Below, in pieces: positions 58,556 through 64,000 of a stretch of 64,000 bases of DNA. This DNA comes from an uncultured Planctomycetales bacterium (lineage in GTDB: Bacteria > Omnitrophota > Gorgyraeia > Zapsychrales > JANLHA01): positions 374,358 through 438,357 of the forward strand of contig CAZAXH010000001.1 of assembly GCA_964489065.1 (NCBI GenBank), in the 5' to 3' direction. Within the stretch, counting starts at the first letter, position 1. Every line of letters begins with the position of its first letter. The position numbers and the translations under genes are program-made. The notes under the pieces are model-generated. The model searched no databases, was not told where the DNA came from, and was given only the letters and a program-made list of their open reading frames with translations.

Positions 58556-59260
58556 CTAACGGCTGACCCGGCACAAAACTTCCTGGTAAGCCTCTTCAAT
58601 CTCACCCAGGTCTTTCCGGAAACGGTCTTTATCCAGCTTACGCCCCGACCCCACCTCCCACAGCCGGCAGGTGTCCGGTGAAATTTCATCCGCGAGTATG
58701 ATTTGTCCTTTATAACGGCCGAACTCCAGTTTAAAATCAACCAGCGTGATGTTCAAGGATTTAAAAAACCTCGTCATGACATCGTTAATCCGGAACGTCA
58801 AATCCTTAATAACCGTCATTTCGTCATCCGTGGCTAAGCCCAAAGCCCGGATATGATATTCATTGATCATGGGGTCGTTTAAACGGTCTTCCTTGTAGCT
58901 AAACTCCAGGGTCGGACACCGCAAAGCCATCCCTTCCTCCAGTCCCAGAAGGCGGCAAAGGCTGCCGGCGGCGACATTGCGGACAATCACTTCCAACGGA
59001 ACGATCTCCACCCGTTTAACAAGCATCTCCCGGTCGCTGAGAAGTTTCTCAAAATGCGTGGGAATGCCTTCCGACTTCAGAAGCTCAAAAACCTTAGCGG
59101 AAATTTTGTTGTTGACCACCCCTTTATCGCGGATCGTCCCCTTCTTGGCCGCGTTAAACGCCGTTGCATCATCTTTAAAATATTGGATGATGTAATCCGA
59201 AGAATCGGTCTCATAAAGAATTTTAGCCTTCCCTTCGTAAATCTTTTTTCCTTTTTCCAT
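58556..59260 (-). CDS. purC: Phosphoribosylaminoimidazole-succinocarboxamide synthase
   Basis: MEKGKKIYEGKAKILYET start typical of SAICAR synthetase; 234 aa. Confidence 0.9.
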   Translation of the reverse strand: MEKGKKIYEGKAKILYETDSSDYIIQYFKDDATAFNAAKKGTIRDKGVVNNKISAKVFELLKSEGIPTHFEKLLSDREMLVKRVEIVPLEVIVRNVAAGSLCRLLGLEEGMALRCPTLEFSYKEDRLNDPMINEYHIRALGLATDDEMTVIKDLTFRINDVMTRFFKSLNITLVDFKLEFGRYKGQIILADEISPDTCRLWEVGSGRKLDKDRFRKDLGEIEEAYQEVLCRVSR

Positions 59261-59303
59261 TGGAATAAGCCCTCAATAAAAATTATTGAAAAACAAGTGT
59301 CCC

Positions 59304-60599
59304 TTATTTTAACCCAACGCGTTTATAGATCATATCCCGGTAACGGGCATAGTACTTAATGTCAAAACACGCGTCTATCTCCGCGGTGCTGAGATGTTTA
59401 CGCACTCTACGGTCCCGGTAAAGCACGTCTTTGAATTCGGAGGTCTCTTTCCAAACCTGCATAGCACAATACTGAATAATCTCATAAGCGTCTTCCCGGG
59501 TGAGCCCCTTCTTCATAAGTTCCAGAAGAACCCGCTGGGAATAAATCAGCCCCTTGGTCTTACTGAGGCTGATGACCATATTTTTTGGATAGACCAGAAG
59601 ACCGTCTATGATGGGAATTAATTTATGCAGCATGTAGTGCAAAGCGATCGTGCTATCCGGCAGAATGACCCGCTCCACGGAGGAATGGCTGATATCTCTT
59701 TCATGCCAAAGGCAAATATTTTCAAAAGCGGCCTGCGCATTCGCGCGGAGGATCCGGGAAAGCCCGGAAATCCTTTCGCAGGTCACGGGGTTCCGTTTAT
59801 GTGGCATGGCGGACGAACCGATTTGTCCCTTAAAAAACGGCTCCTCAACTTCAAGCACTTCTGTTTTCTGAAGCAGCCGGATTTCGGTCGCAAATTTATT
59901 CAGGGACGATCCAACCAGCGCCAGCGTCGTCACAAATTGGCAATGAACGTCGCGCTGAATAATCTGCGTGGCGATATTAGCCGGCTTCAGCGCCAGCTTC
60001 TCGCATACATATTCCTCGACAGAAGGGTCAATATTGGCAAACGTACCGACCGCGCCCGACAACTTGCCGATGCGCATCGCTTCCCTGGCCTGTTCCATGC
60101 GCTCAATATTCCGCTTCGTTTCATCATACCAGACAGCCAGTTTCAAACCAAACGTAATGGGTTCGGCATGCACGCCATGAGTCCGGGCGATACAAAAGGT
60201 GTCCTTATATTTCTTCGCCTTGACTTTTAACGCGGCCAAAAGTTTTTTCAAATCACCGATCAGAATATCGCTGGCTTCAACGCACTGTACAGAAAGCGAG
60301 GTATCCAAAAGATCCGATGAGGTCAAGCCCATGTGCAAATACCGGGCTTCCGGGCCGAGATACTGCCCGACATTATTGATAAAAGCGACAATATCGTGCT
60401 TTGTCCTTTCTTCCAGGCGCTGAACCTCATCGATATCAAATTTGGCATTTTTCTTTATTTTTTCCATGGCTTTCTTCGGAATAATCCCCAGCTTCGTCAA
60501 TGCTTCACAGGCCAAGACTTCTATTTGAAGCATGATAGAAAATTTGTGCTCATCCGTCCAGATATTCCCCATCTTGGATAAAGTATAACGATCTATCAT
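59304..60599 (-). CDS. purB: Adenylosuccinate lyase
   Basis: Fumarase/ASL family; SSAMPHKRNP signature; 431 aa. Confidence 0.9.
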   Translation of the reverse strand: MIDRYTLSKMGNIWTDEHKFSIMLQIEVLACEALTKLGIIPKKAMEKIKKNAKFDIDEVQRLEERTKHDIVAFINNVGQYLGPEARYLHMGLTSSDLLDTSLSVQCVEASDILIGDLKKLLAALKVKAKKYKDTFCIARTHGVHAEPITFGLKLAVWYDETKRNIERMEQAREAMRIGKLSGAVGTFANIDPSVEEYVCEKLALKPANIATQIIQRDVHCQFVTTLALVGSSLNKFATEIRLLQKTEVLEVEEPFFKGQIGSSAMPHKRNPVTCERISGLSRILRANAQAAFENICLWHERDISHSSVERVILPDSTIALHYMLHKLIPIIDGLLVYPKNMVISLSKTKGLIYSQRVLLELMKKGLTREDAYEIIQYCAMQVWKETSEFKDVLYRDRRVRKHLSTAEIDACFDIKYYARYRDMIYKRVGLK

Positions 60600-60688
60600 A
60601 AAATTACTCCTTTTTTTTGGATTATAAACGCATGTAATATAGCAAATTATGGTTTATTGGTCAATGGGTTTCGCAACAAAATTTAGTA

Positions 60689-60722
60689 TATAGAATATTA
60701 ATATTAATATTAATATTCTATA
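60689..60722. repeat. 34-bp perfect AT-rich palindrome TATAGAATATT(AATATT)2AATATTCTATA containing four tandem AATATT hexamers
   Basis: Seen directly; it lies in the 160-bp AT-rich gap between the PilZ gene stop and the purB start, i.e. the pur operon promoter region. Confidence 0.5.
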
Positions 60723-60762
60723 AATAATAATTTTATTTGCCTTTTCTGTTGTAAAAGTGAAA

Positions 60763-61125
60763 TTAAAATATAAAGGAAGGTTTGCGTACAAGCCGGTACA
60801 TTCTCTGAATTTGCATAAAATTATCTTTATGAAATTTCAGCCCGACATCCCAAAGATGGGGGGACTTTTCTTCAATCCACATAACACGGCCGTTCAAAGA
60901 CAGAGGACTCCCCCCGTCAGGCAGCTTAACCAGCAGGGACACACTGTCCTTCACGTACACACGCTCCGAAGTGGAAAATTTCGCTCCCTGGGCAGAAGCG
61001 TCGCGGAGGAAAATGTTGGTTCCATAATCCTGAGGAGAATGTTGGTACTTGACAGGGAACCGCGCCGGAAAACGTTCGAACAACCGGTTATCGTTTTCCA
61101 AGGGGGACATAAGATTCTTCTTCAT
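60763..61125 (-). CDS. PilZ-domain protein (c-di-GMP receptor candidate)
   Basis: 120 aa; RLFER (RxxxR) near the N-terminus and DASAQG (D/NxSxxG) motifs of PilZ domains. Confidence 0.65.
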   Translation of the reverse strand: MKKNLMSPLENDNRLFERFPARFPVKYQHSPQDYGTNIFLRDASAQGAKFSTSERVYVKDSVSLLVKLPDGGSPLSLNGRVMWIEEKSPHLWDVGLKFHKDNFMQIQRMYRLVRKPSFIF

Positions 61126-61134
61126 AAGGCTCGA

Positions 61135-61560
61135 TTATTTGGAATACCGGGAAGGTTCCATTTTGAAATAATTCTTTAACCGGGACCGCGATCCGGAACC
61201 GACTTCCTCGCAGAAAGACATCCCCAATCGGTAATAATCCGCATGCTGGGCTTTCTCAATCCACTTGACTTCCCCCAACACCAGCACCGGCTGTTCCTCC
61301 GGGCCCAGGTCTATTTGCACAACGATCTTCTCATTGACAGGTATCGCCTTATTAGAAATCAACCCCACGCCACCCTGACAAATATCCACAGTGCGGATCC
61401 CCTCAAAAGCACCGCCCTCTTTCCCGTCAACAGGAACGGCACACAGCTGTCTCGACATCCTTCTTTGTTCAGTTTTTTTTCTCATAAGGCTTTCCTTGTG
61501 ACCGCGGTGATTAAGATTAATATCCAAATTAATTTTATGCTTTACCTTCTTAATAATCAA
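61135..61560 (-). CDS. PilZ-domain protein (second, tandem)
   Basis: QRRMSR (RxxxR) and DICQGGVG (DxSxxG-like) motifs; likely start at MRKKTEQRR; 10-nt gap to the next PilZ gene. Confidence 0.55.
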   Translation of the reverse strand: MIIKKVKHKINLDINLNHRGHKESLMRKKTEQRRMSRQLCAVPVDGKEGGAFEGIRTVDICQGGVGLISNKAIPVNEKIVVQIDLGPEEQPVLVLGEVKWIEKAQHADYYRLGMSFCEEVGSGSRSRLKNYFKMEPSRYSK

Positions 61561-61695
61561 TAGAATTATTTGATAATTTCAGGAAACACGTGAGGGATTC
61601 CCCATCCCGGAAAATTTTTAAAAAGTCCCCAAGAGCCCGCCGCTTGTAAGACCTTCGCGCCGGGTGTTATTCCGACAAATTTATTTATAAAATAT

Positions 61696-61724
61696 TGAAC
61701 CCGCCATGGTTCCATGTTATAGTC
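61696..61724 (+). promoter_or_regulatory. Near-consensus sigma70 promoter TTGAAC-N17-TATAGT for the only plus-strand genes
   Basis: TTGAACCCGCCATGGTTCCATGTTATAGT followed by a GAGG RBS and the ATG at ~61744. Confidence 0.5.
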
Positions 61725-61743
61725 GAGCCGAGGCTTAAACATT

Positions 61744-62100
61744 ATGGAAGAACAAGGCAAAAAAGTCCCGAACCAGGAGAGCGAACGGCTCCCGGAAGAA
61801 CGCCAGCACCTTGAGGAAGAATATAAAAAGCGCGGAGCGCAATCTATTTCCTACAAAGATTATATTGCGCAGAGGGACAAGAAAAGAAACCGGAAAAAAA
61901 TCGTAATCCCTTTGCATATTAAATTTATCCTGGGAACCCCGTTTCTTATCCTCTTCGGTTATGGCATTTTTTTTATCCCCTGGATTATTTACGTCGTTCT
62001 TACGAACCCGGAAGAAAAAACGGCCGACAGCAAAAAAGACGAAACGAGCATCGCCGACAAAAAAGACCGCACAGCGAAAGATAAAACGTCCCGACGGTAA
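61744..62100 (+). CDS. Small membrane protein, Lys/Glu-rich termini (hypothetical)
   Basis: 118 aa; charged N-terminus, one or two central TM helices (ILGTPFLILFGYGIFFIPWIIYVVL), Lys-rich C-terminus; preferred over the F-rich antisense track ORF 61735..62154. Confidence 0.45.
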   Translation: MEEQGKKVPNQESERLPEERQHLEEEYKKRGAQSISYKDYIAQRDKKRNRKKIVIPLHIKFILGTPFLILFGYGIFFIPWIIYVVLTNPEEKTADSKKDETSIADKKDRTAKDKTSRR

Positions 62101-62143
62101 AAAACCTTGATGGACGCGGGTATTCTCATAAAAGGGAGAGACG

Positions 62144-62878
62144 ATGACATACACAGATTACGGAGTCGCGGCGACAGGGCTCCTTCTTTTCTTCAGCGGG
62201 TTCAGGAAGGGATTATGCCGCACCCTCAGCGGCCCGGTGGCCTTCCTCCTTTGTTGCGTCGGAGCCGTCATCTATTACGATATCACAGGGAACATCCTCC
62301 ACGCATTGATGATCACCTCTATCGGAACAATCCTGCTGTCCCTTGCCTTCCGGCTGGTCCTGATGATCGGAAAATCCACCATCGGAAAAACCGGGGACGA
62401 CACGACCCTTCTCTTAAGCCGTATTTTGGGCGGGCTTGTGAACCTCGCCTGGAAATGGAGCATTCTGTTCGGGATTCTTTTTCTGATAACCCTCATCCCT
62501 TTTAACGCGCTCAATCTGGGGACGATTAAAAACGACATCAACGGATCCGTTTCTTTCTCTCTTCTGAACCGGTTTGTTTTAAGCCGTATCCCCCAGACAA
62601 AAAAAATCAAGCAGGCCTTCCGCGTCCTCGAAAACCCCAAAAAGCTGCAGACCTTATCAACGAACCCGGAGTATAAAGCCCTTTTATCCGACCCCAAAGT
62701 AAAAGACATCACGGAGGATCAGGAAATACAGGAGCTGATAAACAAACAGGATTACATAAAACTGCTTTCACACCCGAAAATCAAATCTCTTATAAAGGAT
62801 GACAAGCTATTAGAGAAACTGACGCGGTTGAGCGAATCTTTGACGCGGGAACCCCCTGACGAGAAGCCAGCCCCTTAA
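62144..62878 (+). CDS. Polytopic membrane protein with C-terminal helical repeats (hypothetical, CvpA-like topology)
   Basis: 244 aa; four N-terminal TM helices, then a soluble tail with repeated x-P-K-[VI]-K-x-[LI] units (NPEYKALLSDPKVKDI / DYIKLLSHPKIKSLI). Confidence 0.5.
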   Translation: MTYTDYGVAATGLLLFFSGFRKGLCRTLSGPVAFLLCCVGAVIYYDITGNILHALMITSIGTILLSLAFRLVLMIGKSTIGKTGDDTTLLLSRILGGLVNLAWKWSILFGILFLITLIPFNALNLGTIKNDINGSVSFSLLNRFVLSRIPQTKKIKQAFRVLENPKKLQTLSTNPEYKALLSDPKVKDITEDQEIQELINKQDYIKLLSHPKIKSLIKDDKLLEKLTRLSESLTREPPDEKPAP

Positions 62879-62919
62879 TATCCGCAGCAATCCTGATACC
62901 ATTCCCGGAACGGGCGGGC

Positions 62920-64000
62920 TTATTTCCCGATACAAAATTCCGAAAAAATTTTATCCAACAACTCCTCACTGGCGTCCCGTCCTGTAATCTGATCCAGGGC
63001 CCGGACGGCGGCCTTAATATTTTCCGAAACAAATTCCCAGGACAACCCCGACTTCAGATGAACACATGCTTCCAGCAAAAAATCTTCGGCCTGACGAAGC
63101 GATTCCACATGCCGCGTGTTGCTGACCACGACGTTCCGACAGTAATGCGCCTCATCCGGGACAGCGGCCTGCAACATCCTTTCCCCAAGCAACGAAACCC
63201 CTTCTCCGGTAAGGGCAGAAACACAAACAACAGCCCGATCCGGGAAAAACTGTCTCACGCCGGGGTCATTCTGGCTCGGCAGATCGCATTTATTCAAGAC
63301 AACCAGAACATTTTTATCCTGAACAGCAGGGATCAAATCCTTGTCTTCCGCAGTCAGCTCCGCAGAACCGTCGACGACAAACAAAATCAAATCCGCGCTT
63401 TCCACGCAGAGGCGGCTGCGCCGGACAGCTTCCTCTTCAATGGAACTTCGCGGGCGAAGGATTCCCGCCGTATCAACAAGTTGAAAAGGAATTCCGTTGA
63501 TAGAAACAGTTTCTTCGATGGTGTCCCGCGTGGTCCCTTCAACAGGGCTGACAATCGCTCTCGGCTGCCGCAGAAGCCGGTTCAAAAGCGATGATTTCCC
63601 GACATTCGGCTTTCCGCAAATGACCGCTTTCACCCCGTCTTTTAAAACGCGCCCCTGGTTTGATGTGGCGACCAACTCCTGGATTTTTCCGCAAGCCTGT
63701 TCTACCGAGGCCAGCGGACCGGCCGACAGGCCACTCCCGCCGCCCCGGGCATGGCCGTCCGGACGATGGGCGCGGTCCAGCTGCGGGATATCATCTTCCG
63801 GGAAATTCACTGCGGCCTCCAACCGGGCATAAACATCCATCAGCTGTTCCCGGATTGTTCCCAACGCAACAGTCAGGTCCCCTTTCAATTGCTGTGCACT
63901 GACTTTCACGAACGCTTCGGTTTTAGAACGGATAATATCCAGAACCGCCTCCGCCTGTGTCAAATCAATCCGGCCCTTTAAAAACGCCCTCTTCGTGAAT
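62920..64000 (-). CDS. mnmE: tRNA modification GTPase MnmE (TrmE), 5' end beyond window
   Basis: C-terminal CIGK tetrapeptide and G-domain GKPNVGKSSLLN / DTAG / NKCD. The frame stays open upstream of the track start codon to the window edge (…KGRIDLTQAEAVLDII is the MnmE N-domain motif), so the track start is an internal alternative codon. Confidence 0.85.
   Translation of the reverse strand, partial: FTKRAFLKGRIDLTQAEAVLDIIRSKTEAFVKVSAQQLKGDLTVALGTIREQLMDVYARLEAAVNFPEDDIPQLDRAHRPDGHARGGGSGLSAGPLASVEQACGKIQELVATSNQGRVLKDGVKAVICGKPNVGKSSLLNRLLRQPRAIVSPVEGTTRDTIEETVSINGIPFQLVDTAGILRPRSSIEEEAVRRSRLCVESADLILFVVDGSAELTAEDKDLIPAVQDKNVLVVLNKCDLPSQNDPGVRQFFPDRAVVCVSALTGEGVSLLGERMLQAAVPDEAHYCRNVVVSNTRHVESLRQAEDFLLEACVHLKSGLSWEFVSENIKAAVRALDQITGRDASEELLDKIFSEFCIGK

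Noticed and set aside
61735-62154. 139-aa minus-strand ORF
   Set aside because: Phe-rich translation is the mirror of the Lys-rich plus-strand gene; the plus-strand gene has a consensus promoter, an RBS and a TM helix.
1-64000. Mobile elements, integrases, transposases, toxin-antitoxin, CRISPR-Cas, tRNA/rRNA
   Set aside because: No transposase or integrase-like ORFs, terminal inverted repeats flanking genes, cas genes, or tRNA-like T-loop/acceptor patterns were recognised in intergenic regions. The window reads as core chromosome plus one unusual secreted-protein island.

Overview
This 64-kb window is a compact, almost entirely minus-strand gene array from a diderm bacterium (an LptD homolog is present); only two small genes near 61.7-62.9 kb lie on the plus strand. 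I found no rRNA, tRNA, CRISPR-Cas or mobile-element genes. Many of the long plus-strand ORFs in the track are antisense shadows of minus-strand genes. My hand-counted coordinates for refined starts and small motifs may be off by 1-2 nt.

Contents, from low to high coordinate:
- (1) Nucleotide-sugar cluster (1-8.4 kb): a B12-binding radical-SAM enzyme that runs off the window start and is therefore missing from the ORF track, an SDR epimerase, a TPP-dependent E1 alpha/beta pair, UDP-glucuronate decarboxylase, and two UDP-sugar dehydrogenases.
- (2) LptD and a ROK-family kinase.
- (3) Two tandem GGDEF diguanylate cyclases; two tandem PilZ proteins sit near 61 kb.
- (4) An orphan MalK-type ABC ATPase, accD, and a DUF1015 protein.
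- (5) A heat-shock regulon: fmdB-dnaJ-dnaK-grpE-hrcA with a CIRCE-like element, and a small MerR-type regulator / hsp20 / clpB unit with a second CIRCE, a consensus promoter with an embedded dyad operator, and a 46-bp tandem direct repeat.
- (6) hflX, miaA, and a TPR-SPOR protein.
- (7) A membrane-protease/sorting-like block: a 1000-aa polytopic protein with a PEP-CTERM-like tail, a small Cys-containing membrane protein, PrsW, an HExxH membrane protease, and a small hydrophobic peptide.
- (8) A GntR(YtrA-type)-ABC-permease cassette.
- (9) The most unusual locus: a two-gene operon encoding a secreted beta-rich 287-aa protein and a giant (1273-aa) secreted protein built from about 17 tandem four-cysteine modules (signature CC-x-Y-G ... 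C-G ... Y-P-x-T ... C) plus a Cys/Thr-rich C-terminal stalk, with no recognisable homology.
- (10) A Macro-NUDIX fusion and the CCA enzyme.
- (11) NrdR, glyA, rpiB and a TsaC / LMW-PTP fusion (B. subtilis ywl-like synteny).
- (12) A purB-purC-purSL-LOG-purQ-purM-purD-purE operon.
- (13) MnmE, which runs off the window end.
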